IMG/VR virus record: IMGVR_UViG_3300028886_000047
Direction: 5' to 3' (one strand)
DNA: 64,000 bases
Source: a virus
Lineage: Duplodnaviria; Heunggongvirae; Uroviricota; Caudoviricetes
Part shown: piece after piece, positions 10,749 to 19,251 of the stretch
Layout of the letters: every line of letters starts with the position of its first letter
Position numbering within the stretch: the first letter of the stretch is position 1
Position numbers and translations under genes: made by a program
Notes under the pieces: model-generated
The model's input: only the letters and a program-made list of their open reading frames with translations
Database searches by the model: none
What the model was told of the DNA's origin: nothing

Positions 10749-11173
10749 TGATAACGTTGTTTAGCCTTATCATAACCCTTGATATAAGTTCCAGGGTCTT
10801 TCTTGAAGTGTTCCATCTCTTTCTTTAAGAAAGCATCTACCAGTTCTGCACTGATAAATCCTTTCTGTGTAGTAACTAATACAGGAGAATTTACATCAAT
10901 TTTCAAAGAACGACCAAGAGCAATCTTCTTTCCGATTTCTTCATTCCAACAGTTCTTATCATTAATATGTCCAACTGCTATTCCAAGAGATAAAATCTTT
11001 TCAACACCACGTGCTTTGAAGTTATATCCAATTAAAAATGTTCCTTCTTCAGGCTCCAAAGAAGATGCACACATAGTTACGGGACGTTCTACTCCTGCAT
11101 AATCTACAAATTTGTCAACTAAATAAACACTTTTCTTAACTTTCATAAAATTTAAATTTTTTAAATTAAACAA
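10721..11173 (-). CDS. hypothetical protein
   Basis: ORF track. Confidence 0.6.
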   Translation of the reverse strand: MFNLKNLNFMKVKKSVYLVDKFVDYAGVERPVTMCASSLEPEEGTFLIGYNFKARGVEKILSLGIAVGHINDKNCWNEEIGKKIALGRSLKIDVNSPVLVTTQKGFISAELVDAFLKKEMEHFKKDPGTYIKGYDKAKQRYQCQKKVEQS

Positions 11174-11482
11174 TTAATCCCCAGTATCAAATTTTTCTGG
11201 AAGACTTTCTCTACATAATTTTACAATCTCTCTATAGTTAGCTTGATAATCTTTTAGAAAATCAAACAAAGTAATATTCATTTCCTTATATTTAGAAGCA
11301 GTCCGATGTTTTGCAATTCTTAATAAAGCAGAACTTAAAGTTAATCCATATAACGGAGAATCTAATTCCATTTCAAATTTTCCGGTATCTCTTTTTTTAA
11401 CCCTTTTATAAAAGGATAAGTTCCAAAGATGGGAATCATCTGAAACTGGTTCTAAAATAAAATCCTTTTCTTCAATTACCAT
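11174..11482 (-). CDS. hypothetical protein
   Basis: ORF track. Confidence 0.6.
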   Translation of the reverse strand: MVIEEKDFILEPVSDDSHLWNLSFYKRVKKRDTGKFEMELDSPLYGLTLSSALLRIAKHRTASKYKEMNITLFDFLKDYQANYREIVKLCRESLPEKFDTGD

Positions 11483-11735
11483 AATATAAAATAATTTGTT
11501 TATCCTTTATAACAGAACAAATATCAAGTTTTCTTGTAAAATAATCTACAACTTTTGGCATAAAATTAGTCACTATAATAGGTTGTTGAGTAATTAAAGA
11601 TATTACTTTTTCTGAATCTTTATAGTTAATTTCTGTTAAATATTCTGAAATAATCAATAAATATTCTTCTATGGTTGGAGGATTGTCTTTACTTATTGCT
11701 TTATTTAAAATTTCGATAATTTTATCCTTACTCAT
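11472..11735 (-). CDS. hypothetical protein
   Basis: ORF track. Confidence 0.55.
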   Translation of the reverse strand: MSKDKIIEILNKAISKDNPPTIEEYLLIISEYLTEINYKDSEKVISLITQQPIIVTNFMPKVVDYFTRKLDICSVIKDKQIILYYGN

Positions 11736-12162
11736 AATTTAAAGATTCATTTTGTGCTAAGAAATCACATCTATTATTCCATAAAGTATCCGTTTCATTA
11801 TCTTTTTGATGTCCATATATATGACGACATTTAATAGGATTCTTTACAATGTTTCTCACACGGTTTAACTGTGCTTTAATTTTATTAATTAATTCTCGAT
11901 TCTTTTTAGGATTCCATTTTTCATTAAATATACATCCTAAAGCATATTCTGAATCAGACACTATTTCTAAAGAATCAATAGGCTTTTTAATAGAAGCTAA
12001 TGCTATACCTATTGCTAATAATTCCATACGATTATTAGTTACATTCTTATATCCTTTAGAATATTCAAATACTTTTTCCCCATTCTTTAGCCATACTATT
12101 CCAATTCCTCCATTTGTATTTTTACGACAACTTCCGTCAGTATAAATTACCCAATCATTCAT
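11728..12162 (-). CDS. rnhA: ribonuclease HI
   Basis: IYTDGSC, TNNRMEL, SDSEY, HIYGH, NNRCDFLA catalytic motifs. Confidence 0.92.
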   Translation of the reverse strand: MNDWVIYTDGSCRKNTNGGIGIVWLKNGEKVFEYSKGYKNVTNNRMELLAIGIALASIKKPIDSLEIVSDSEYALGCIFNEKWNPKKNRELINKIKAQLNRVRNIVKNPIKCRHIYGHQKDNETDTLWNNRCDFLAQNESLNYE

Positions 12163-12475
12163 CCCATTGCATCTTCTAAATCTCCTATATCACCACCTAA
12201 TCCTAAATTATCTGGTTCCCAATTTTCTGGAATAAACCAAACATTTTCAACAGGGTCATAATAACATTCTTCTGGATAATCTGGATTATCCATATAGTCC
12301 TGAATTTCAGGCCATCCAACCATAATGTATTTCATAATTTATCTTTTGTTCTCATAAAGTTTTAATTTTATCTATTATAGGTTTTTGAACAGCATGAAGT
12401 TCTTCATAAGTCAATTCACCCATGTTATATAATTCCACATTTTCTTGTAATTCTTTATTTAATTGTTCTTTTAAT

Positions 12476-12943
12476 TCAGTCATTTTTTATTAAAAATTTA
12501 TCATTCCAACTATCTGTCCAACTATTCTTCTTTTCATTCCATATTGTCCAGGGCCAACTTTCTCTAGCTTTTCTTATATCAGGTTTATCACTTCCATATG
12601 AAGTATTACCATAATAATAAAGATACCAAAGAGCTTGTTCCCAATAATCTTCATCTTTTGAAAATTGGAATTGATGTAAGCCCCAGAACCAGTATAGGTT
12701 CAATTTCCAAATATGTACCCAAATATAAGGACATTGTTCAAATCTCGGAGAGTTATACTTATCTTTCCAACCAACATCTTGACTTACTATATGAATCAAA
12801 GCTGGTTTTGAATACCAATGATTTGGTTGTCCAAATTTAAAATAACACTTTAAAGGCTTGAATACACCTTTAAGTTTATTCATAGTTCTAAAAGGATTTA
12901 TTAAATCAATATAAATCCAATTTTTAAATCTATATAGTATCAT
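12476..12943 (-). CDS. hypothetical protein (Trp/Tyr-rich)
   Basis: ORF track. Confidence 0.55.
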   Translation of the reverse strand: MILYRFKNWIYIDLINPFRTMNKLKGVFKPLKCYFKFGQPNHWYSKPALIHIVSQDVGWKDKYNSPRFEQCPYIWVHIWKLNLYWFWGLHQFQFSKDEDYWEQALWYLYYYGNTSYGSDKPDIRKARESWPWTIWNEKKNSWTDSWNDKFLIKND

Positions 12944-12948
12944 AACAA

Positions 12949-12977
12949 CAAAAAAGGCGAACCTTAATTAGTCCGCC
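12949..12977 (-). terminator. intrinsic terminator
   Basis: GGCGGAC-taattaag-GTTCGCC followed by a T run on the minus strand. Confidence 0.75.
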
Positions 12978-13103
12978 AAATTATAAAGTATTTACGTTTT
13001 CCATAGAATGAAGTATACCATAATGTAACAGTACCTCTTTCGTATTCTATATTTATTTCAAACGCAAATATTAACCACAATATTATAAATAAAATAATAG
13101 CAA

Positions 13104-13292
13104 TCATGTTATATAGTATAAATCATTTCTATTTTTTAATAATCTTTCTAATTCTTCTTCTTCCATACGATAATCGTTATGTGAGAAATATATCTAGTGT
13201 TTAACGTAATCCCATTTTAAATATCCTAACCATTTTGGAATACGTCCAAGTTTTCCTTTTGCACAATGTTCTTTTATTTCAGATAATGTCAT
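13104..13292 (-). CDS. small hypothetical protein, one in-frame TAG
   Basis: MTLSEIKEHCAKGKLGRIPKWLGYLKWDYVKH(TAG)IYFSHNDY...; ATGA overlaps at both ends. Confidence 0.55.
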
Positions 13293-13747
13293 GATATAGT
13301 AAGTGTTATATTATTTTTATCTTTTAAAAGTTCTTTATATAACTTAATAAAAGTATTTTTAGAATCTGTAACCATTCCTACTTTAGTATTTAATCCAACT
13401 AAAATACACCCGCTACTATCAGAAGCAAGGTTTCCGCAATGAATGAGTACTCCTGCAAATCCTTTAACATCAAGTAATCTCGGAACTCTTCCTTTATTGG
13501 CATTTTTCTAATAAAAAGAACGTTTGCTATATTTAGGACTAACTACATTTAAAGTAATTTTATAAGTTCCAGTTGGAATCGCTGTTTCATTTGGAACTTT
13601 TATTTTTAATATTTCTTCATCAGTCATTGACTAATCAAGACCTCTATCTTTATCTTCTATAGTATTACAGAAGAATTTTCCATCAATATACAAATTTCCT
13701 ATTGTATAAGTATCTCGTTTAGCAATTCGTTTTAATGTTAGTTTCAT
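13289..13747 (-). CDS. DUF5675-like (YkuD-type H.GN...GC) putative peptidoglycan hydrolase; two in-frame TAGs
   Basis: MKLTLKRIAKRDTYTIGNLYIDGKFFCNTIEDKDRGLD(TAG)...TAIPTGTY...VLIHCGNLASDSSGCILVG; absent from the ORF track because of the TAGs. Confidence 0.8.
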
Positions 13748-13980
13748 TTTCGTAAGTATTTAATGTCTAAATTATTTTCCCAATGAGGTAATCCGTCTGA
13801 ATCAAAATTATAAGTATCTGAACATTCTTTTAAACTATACATAGGTTCTAGACCTAATTTAACTCTTAATTTATTTATTCTTCTAAACAATCTATTTGCT
13901 AATCTCTTATCTTTCTTATTAGAAAAATAACAAACCCAACTAATCTTTGGATGTTTAGCTATACTTCTGCTCATAATCAT
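13744..13980 (-). CDS. small basic hypothetical protein
   Basis: ORF track. Confidence 0.55.
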   Translation of the reverse strand: MIMSRSIAKHPKISWVCYFSNKKDKRLANRLFRRINKLRVKLGLEPMYSLKECSDTYNFDSDGLPHWENNLDIKYLRK

Positions 13981-13995
13981 TTAGATTTTAAATAG

Positions 13996-14016
13996 TAGGG
14001 GCGACGAGACTCGAAC
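13996..14016 (-). pseudogene. 3' remnant of a tRNA (T-loop to acceptor end)
   Basis: GTTCGAGT-CTCGT-CGCCCCT-A; no 5' T-stem strand or 5' half nearby. Confidence 0.6.
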
Positions 14017-14127
14017 TAAGGAGGAATAAAAGAAGTTAACTTGTAGCTCCATAATTTTAATTCTAACAGTTATAACTATGAATACATATAGTTATTTTAG
14101 TTTAAACTAAAAAGAAATATTTACTAA

Positions 14128-15327
14128 TTATATTGTAATTTCATCAATTGAAATTCTTTCTTCATATTTCCAAATATATCCGTAGGCTTGAGATACATTT
14201 CCATTACAACAATTATTTATATGAGAAGTTCCAGTTTTTATATCTTTATTCTCATTCTATAAAAACCATTCTCTTATTTCATTTGCACTATAAAAATATC
14301 TTAAAAATTTTCCAGATAAAGAATACTATCCATATTTTTTAGAATTTCCATTACGAATTGTTTCTATTCCTAGTTGTTTTAGTACTTTACCTACTGTATC
14401 CTATCCAAATCCTATAAATTCAGAGATTTCTTTTAAATTATATCCTTCATTGTAAATTTTAAGTATTAATTGAGGATTATAAGTTTTCTTTTCTTTGTTA
14501 AAAGATTTAAATTCCTATGGATTTTTATTATATTCTTTTAATTCATACTTAGTGCTTGGGAGATTGTAATTTTTGCACCATTTTTTAATAGCGTTATCAG
14601 TTACTCCATACATTCTTCCAATTTCACGAAAAGATTGAGTCTAGATCAATTCTAATAACTTTTCTCGTTCCGGTCTCTCAACTTTTCTTTGTGATTTAGA
14701 AGCACATTCAACACATTTTGCACCTTTAGTAGAAACTTCTCTTCCACAATCAGGACAATAATATTTAACTCTTTCTTTATGTAATTCTAATACATTAGTA
14801 TCTTTTTCTTTTTTGTCTGATTCTTTATATCCCTCTTTTTTCTCACGGACTGTATTACGTTCCTTAAACTTAATATAAGAATCTTTTAGTTTCTATGTAT
14901 AAGAAAACATATTAGTAATTAAATAATCTTCTGCTTTATTATAATTAGTTTGTCCATTTGTCGGAGGTTCTAATCTTAATGTTTTAGAAGTTTTACATTC
15001 ATCTACAGGAACAACATAAACTTTTCCATTAAAATAAGTAGCAAAATAATCTATTTCTTTATTAGAATATGTATATCTAATAGTTTCTTTAGTATTAGTA
15101 GTTTGACAAGTAGTACTAAAACTAAATGCATCTTCCCTTATTTTTCCATGGTCATTAACATAATTAGAACATTTACATTGGATTCTATAAAGATGTTCTC
15201 CATCATCTGCTATAAAATCATACTTTGCTCCATTTCCATATGGAATTGAACATTCAAAACCTAGCTAAATAAAAGATGTAATACACTATAACTCATTTGA
15301 GTTACCCAACATTTGTGTATAATCCAT
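14128..15327 (-). CDS. PD-(D/E)XK homing-type endonuclease with Zn ribbon, HTH and NUMOD1-like domains; 8 in-frame TAGs
   Basis: 400 codons if TAG is sense: ...YDFIADDG..LYRIQCK (PD-(D/E)XK), CPDCG...CVEC, SFREIGRMYGVTDNAIKKW, AYGYIWKY. Confidence 0.8.
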
Positions 15328-15368
15328 AAGTTAGATAAATTAAATAATTATTATAACTATCTACTAAG

Positions 15369-15441
15369 TCGGGAAGCCAGAATTCGAATCCAGTCCGCAA
15401 TCTCCCAAAGATTTCATGCTACCATTAAACACCACATCCCG
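15369..15441 (-). tRNA. tRNA-Pro(TGG)
   Basis: Cloverleaf; loop TT-TGG-GA; TTCGAAT T-loop; some acceptor mismatch. Confidence 0.8.
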
Positions 15442-15561
15442 AAAAATAACCCTCTCAACGTATCCCACGAGCAGTTTGATGGTCTATAGATGCCATAGTT
15501 GAGCACTCTTTCTAGTGTATTCTCTACACGACTGCTAAGTGTTTAGGATTATTTTATACTG

Positions 15562-15633
15562 TAACCCATAGCAGAGTTGAACTGCTCTCTTCAGGTTGAA
15601 AACCTGACGTCCTAACCGATAGACTAATGGGCT
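15562..15633 (-). tRNA. tRNA-Glu(TTC)
   Basis: AGCCCAT/ATGGGTT acceptor; TCAGG-TT-TTC-AA-CCTGA. Confidence 0.9.
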
Positions 15634-15639
15634 ATTAAG

Positions 15640-15676
15640 TGATCCTGAGGGAGCTCCAATCTCTAACCTGCTAATT
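15640..15676 (-). pseudogene. 3' half of a split tRNA
   Basis: AA-TTAGC-AGGTT-AGAGA-TTGGAGC-TCCCT-CAGGATC-A; pairs with the 5' half at 16523..16556. Confidence 0.7.
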
Positions 15677-15713
15677 AGTTAATAAAGATTAGACTATTTT
15701 TCCCTCAGATTTA

Positions 15714-16331
15714 TCACTTTCCTATTTTAGTTTCTTCGTCATATTTATGATAACGATAGTAACTTCTTGCTCCGTTTTTATTTTTAGATTTGTAGGTATC
15801 TAATTGTGAATCACAATTTGGACATATACATCTTAAATTATCTCTTCTATTGTTAGCAGCATTACCATCAATATGATCAATTATAAATACAAGAGGTTTT
15901 TTATTCCATTCTGGTTTCATTCCACAAATTGCACAAACTCCATTTTGTTCTTTGATAATATCTTCCTTGAAATTCCTTGGGGAATAATTTGCTCTCATAA
16001 TAGATTCATCACCATCTAACAAGAGTTGGTATTTTTGTTTGTGTTGATACTCGTGCTGACACGAATGACTACAAAATTTTCCAGTAGTTCCCTGGTATTT
16101 TTTAAATTCTTTTCCACAATTTTTACAAATTACTTTCTCTCCAGTTCCTTCATTAAAAGTTTCATTAGGATTAATTATTCTACGTTGTGGGAGTTCTATT
16201 CCTATCCTTTTAGCTACTTTTTTAATGTTTGCTCCAGAACAACCATATCTTCTACCTATTTCTTCATAACTGACTTTCTCTACATTTATAAGTCTTTCAA
16301 GTTCTTCTTTTTCAGATTCCCATTTTGACAT
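15714..16331 (-). CDS. HNH endonuclease with N-terminal HTH and Zn finger
   Basis: CAICG...IIDHIDGNAANNRRDNLRCICPNCDSQ; CKNCG...FCSHSC. Confidence 0.9.
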   Translation of the reverse strand: MSKWESEKEELERLINVEKVSYEEIGRRYGCSGANIKKVAKRIGIELPQRRIINPNETFNEGTGEKVICKNCGKEFKKYQGTTGKFCSHSCQHEYQHKQKYQLLLDGDESIMRANYSPRNFKEDIIKEQNGVCAICGMKPEWNKKPLVFIIDHIDGNAANNRRDNLRCICPNCDSQLDTYKSKNKNGARSYYRYHKYDEETKIGK

Positions 16332-16365
16332 ATTTTTAAACGAAGGGGTTTTAATCTTCGTACTA

Positions 16366-16396
16366 CAAATATATAATTATGGTTCGAAAAATCAAA
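16366..16396 (-). promoter_or_regulatory. Bacteroidota housekeeping-sigma promoter upstream of the HNH gene
   Basis: TTTG-N19-TATATTTG matches the -33/-7 consensus TTTG-N19-21-TAnnTTTG; a hairpin ACGAAG...CTTCGT follows just before the ATG. Confidence 0.7.
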
Positions 16397-16427
16397 CTTA
16401 AACTTTGAATTTAACAAATTTTAATAG

Positions 16428-16516
16428 TACTCCAGGCGGGACTCAAACCCACAACAGTATTCCTACTGAATGCTTTAGAAGAGCATGGCGGTCATTCAAT
16501 TACGCTTTACTGGAGC
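16428..16516 (-). tRNA. tRNA-Arg(TCT) with long variable arm
   Basis: GCTCCAG/CTGGAGT acceptor; ATGCT-CT-TCT-AA-AGCAT; extra arm CAGTA-GGAA-TACTG. Confidence 0.8.
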
Positions 16517-16522
16517 AAATTA

Positions 16523-16556
16523 AGTCAGCTGCTCTATGCAGTTAAGCTACAGGACC
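16523..16556 (-). pseudogene. 5' half of a split tRNA
   Basis: GGTCCTG-TA-GCTT...GAGC-A-GCTGA-CT, then breaks off 6 nt before tRNA-Arg. Confidence 0.7.
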
Positions 16557-16565
16557 ATGTTTTAG

Positions 16566-16654
16566 TGCATCCTCTGGGAGTCGAACCCAGCTCGTTGGAT
16601 TAAAAGTCCAAGATAATCGTCTGTTTCCAGCACTTACCGATATACGAAGGATGC
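16566..16654 (-). tRNA. tRNA-Lys(TTT) with enlarged D-loop
   Basis: GCATCCT/AGGATGC acceptor; TTGGA-CT-TTT-AA-TCCAA; about 14-nt insert in the D-loop. Confidence 0.85.
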
Positions 16655-16715
16655 AAAAGCTCATAGCTCAGGTGATAGAGCTATGAACGTATAGCAGGAT
16701 TACTCCTGCTTTAGA

Positions 16716-17720
16716 TTATTGTACATTTACAACTACAACTCGATTGCTGTTATTACCTACAACACCATTACCTTTGCAAGAGACTACCTCAATGCCTTTA
16801 TTTGCAAGATAATTGGCTACTGAATAAGCTCTCTTTTCGGAAAGAATGTAGTTATATTCATCAGTTCCTTCTGGAGAAGCATATCCATTAATAGTTACCT
16901 TACTATTAGCAGGTATCATATCAAGTGTATAGAAATCTACAATATCGTAACTATTCTGTGCAAAATAAACAACATATTCATCCTTTACAGTGTTAGTTAC
17001 AGTAACTTCGTTAGTCTTAACAATAGTTGTTGGCTTCTTAGCAAGTTCATTTCTCAAGTAATTGATTTCATCATTCATAGCTCCGATATTGTACTTTTTA
17101 AATGAATGAGTTCCATTACTTGTTTTAAAATGATATGTATAACCAACATTTAAGAGAAGTTGTGCATGATTCTTATTAAACTTTACATTTGTAAATCCAT
17201 TATCATTGAGATTCCAAAGCACAGCAGGCTCAACAAACAATGCATGTCCTTTACCAAGATTAAATAAACCTTGAACACCAGTTTTTGCAGACAATCCATC
17301 ATAATCAGCTGCGTTTGCATTAAAAGTATGGAACCAACCAAATCCTGTTACAGTACTAAGATTAAATACTCGATTCTTGTAACCATAAACAAGACTATGA
17401 AGATTTACTTTTCCATTCAATCCGAGGTTAATCGCTCTAAAAGCAGTATGACGAAGGTCAAAATGACCACTATCGCTATTGCTACCAAGAAAGGTAATCC
17501 CTTCTACTTCAAGAGAATAAATAGGAGTAAAATCTTTTCCAACCTTCAATCCAAATTCAGGATTAATAGGAAACATTGAATTAAAAGAGAGAGGTGTACT
17601 TACACCTGCTGTAACACCTACATAAGTGTTATCAAAAGGTTTTTGCTCTTGCAAAGCAATCTGAGCATTTACATTTGTAGCAAATATTGCTACCATTAAC
17701 ATTACTAAAATTTTCTTCAT
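16716..17720 (-). CDS. OmpA-family outer membrane protein (beta-barrel plus OmpA-like C-terminal domain)
   Basis: Signal peptide; alternating barrel strands ending NVGYTYHF; C-terminal VYFAQNS...GYASPEG...NYILSEKRA..VA.YL. Confidence 0.85.
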   Translation of the reverse strand: MKKILVMLMVAIFATNVNAQIALQEQKPFDNTYVGVTAGVSTPLSFNSMFPINPEFGLKVGKDFTPIYSLEVEGITFLGSNSDSGHFDLRHTAFRAINLGLNGKVNLHSLVYGYKNRVFNLSTVTGFGWFHTFNANAADYDGLSAKTGVQGLFNLGKGHALFVEPAVLWNLNDNGFTNVKFNKNHAQLLLNVGYTYHFKTSNGTHSFKKYNIGAMNDEINYLRNELAKKPTTIVKTNEVTVTNTVKDEYVVYFAQNSYDIVDFYTLDMIPANSKVTINGYASPEGTDEYNYILSEKRAYSVANYLANKGIEVVSCKGNGVVGNNSNRVVVVNVQ

Positions 17721-17743
17721 AAATGATTAAAATTTTTTTTAAA

Positions 17744-18232
17744 TTAAACATATCTTTTAATTTTATCTATATACATTTCATCTTCAGCATATCCAATACG
17801 AACAAGAAATGCATAATAATCTCCGCCTTTATATCTTGATGATATAAGACGCTTATAGTCAGCAATACATTTAGAATAGTCAGAATAACTTCTATAAGTA
17901 TTACCTTTTCGTAATCCAAATAAATTGTTTTTGGTACGACATACATGACTAGTTAAGTTTCCAGTTTCATGAAGAGCTTGTGCATAAACTATTTCATGGT
18001 GTGGAATACCTTGTCTAATCAATTCTGCTCTCAAATTTTCCTTTGTGAGAGGAGGAACTTTGTAAGGAACTTTAACGTACAAAGTATCTACATTAATAGA
18101 ATCCTTTTGTACTACTACATTAGTTACTGGTGTTTTCGGAGCTTTTGAAGAGTAGTGTTCACTATAAAAAGTACCTACAACAAAGCCTAAGACTAATAAA
18201 CAAGCCTCTTTCCAATAAGTTCTTCTTTTCAT
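17744..18232 (-). CDS. GH73/FlgJ-like glucosaminidase with N-terminal TM segment
   Basis: YAQALHETG...NNLFGL...GYAED motifs. Confidence 0.75.
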   Translation of the reverse strand: MKRRTYWKEACLLVLGFVVGTFYSEHYSSKAPKTPVTNVVVQKDSINVDTLYVKVPYKVPPLTKENLRAELIRQGIPHHEIVYAQALHETGNLTSHVCRTKNNLFGLRKGNTYRSYSDYSKCIADYKRLISSRYKGGDYYAFLVRIGYAEDEMYIDKIKRYV

Positions 18233-18264
18233 AAATTAAAATTTTTTATTATCTAATAGTATAG

Positions 18265-18336
18265 ATTCCAGAGTCGGAATCGAACCGACACACTCAGTTT
18301 TGCGGACTGATAGCTTAACCATTTGCTTATCTGGAG
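18265..18336 (-). tRNA. tRNA-Cys(GCA)
   Basis: TCAGT-CC-GCA-AA-ACTGA; U73 discriminator. Confidence 0.88.
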
Positions 18337-18338
18337 AG

Positions 18339-18410
18339 TTACGGGAGTGGGATTCGAACCCACGACCTCAAGCATATGAAACTTGCAAGCTACCTCTGCT
18401 CTATCCCGCG
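18339..18410 (-). tRNA. initiator tRNA-fMet(CAT)
   Basis: CGCGGGA start with C1:A72 mismatch; loop TT-CAT-AT. Confidence 0.85.
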
Positions 18411-18416
18411 ATATTT

Positions 18417-18489
18417 GGCCTCTAGCCAGATTCCAACTGACGACATACGGAGTACAAATCCGCTATTCTAGCAACTGAATTATAGAGGC
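18417..18489 (-). tRNA. tRNA-Thr(TGT)
   Basis: GCCTCTA/TAGAGGC; GCGGA-TT-TGT-AC-TCCGT; atypical T-loop TTGGAAT. Confidence 0.8.
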
Positions 18490-18530
18490 ACAAGAGGAGC
18501 CAGATTATGGCTCCAAATAACTTGGTTTAA

Positions 18531-19142
18531 TTACCAATTAAAAGCATATTTAAAATTGTCTGGAAATGCTGGATTACTATTTTTAGCTTCTCCAGTTACT
18601 GCATCAATCCAGATTTGTTCGTTCACGTTGCCAAATATCCACTGAGGATTACAATCCTTCGGACCAATAGGCTTTCTCAAACAAACTTGACGTGAATGAG
18701 GCTTGGGAAGATTGACTTCTTGAACAAGAGTATATGCACTATCGAAAGGCACTTTAATTGCCTCATTATTCAATGGATAATCTTCAATCCAGAATCCGTG
18801 AATAGAATCCTTATAAATAGTTCCATCCTTAAGATGTTGGAACTTATGTACCCAAGTATCAAATGACTTTTCATCACCTGTAACAGTCTGGAAAACATTT
18901 ACTATTTCTGCAATAGTTCCATCGTTCTCTTCATCCAAGAAATTTTCAAGTAAAATGTTTGACTCATACCACCTATAGGTCGGATTTGCCAAATACATTT
19001 CTTGACAATCCATAGAAATAATATTCGTTACATTCAATGTTGAATCAATTTCTATCTGTTCTTCTTTATTTCCTTTACAATTTGTACACGAGCAGAAAAG
19101 AACAAAGCTCATTAAAAGTGTTAAAATAAAACTTTTCTTCAT
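18531..19142 (-). CDS. putative lipoprotein
   Basis: Basic N-terminus, hydrophobic core, lipobox-like VLFCSC. Confidence 0.65.
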   Translation of the reverse strand: MKKSFILTLLMSFVLFCSCTNCKGNKEEQIEIDSTLNVTNIISMDCQEMYLANPTYRWYESNILLENFLDEENDGTIAEIVNVFQTVTGDEKSFDTWVHKFQHLKDGTIYKDSIHGFWIEDYPLNNEAIKVPFDSAYTLVQEVNLPKPHSRQVCLRKPIGPKDCNPQWIFGNVNEQIWIDAVTGEAKNSNPAFPDNFKYAFNW

Positions 19143-19179
19143 TTTAAATAATTTAAGTTAAAAAAACTATCTACTAAAG

Positions 19180-19251
19180 TGGAGCTACTGGTAATCGAAA
19201 CCAGATTTCTTGCTTGCAAAGCAAGTGTAATAGCCGTTATACGATAACCCC
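19180..19251 (-). tRNA. tRNA-Ala(TGC)
   Basis: G3:U70 pair; CTTGC-TT-TGC-AA-GCAAG. Confidence 0.92.

Noticed and set aside
14070-15360. 10-bp direct repeat TTATAACTAT flanking the endonuclease as a target-site duplication
   Set aside because: A short AT-rich match is plausible by chance and the boundaries are not independently defined
15480-15552. Twister ribozyme (UAA-CACU...AGUG resemblance)
   Set aside because: The L4 pseudoknot-forming sequence and the 3' L1 GAG/GGG are absent
15677-16522. Split-tRNA insert as a group I intron
   Set aside because: Only an S-like AAAAUAGUCU is present; there is no P/Q/R, no IGS and no terminal G before the 3' half
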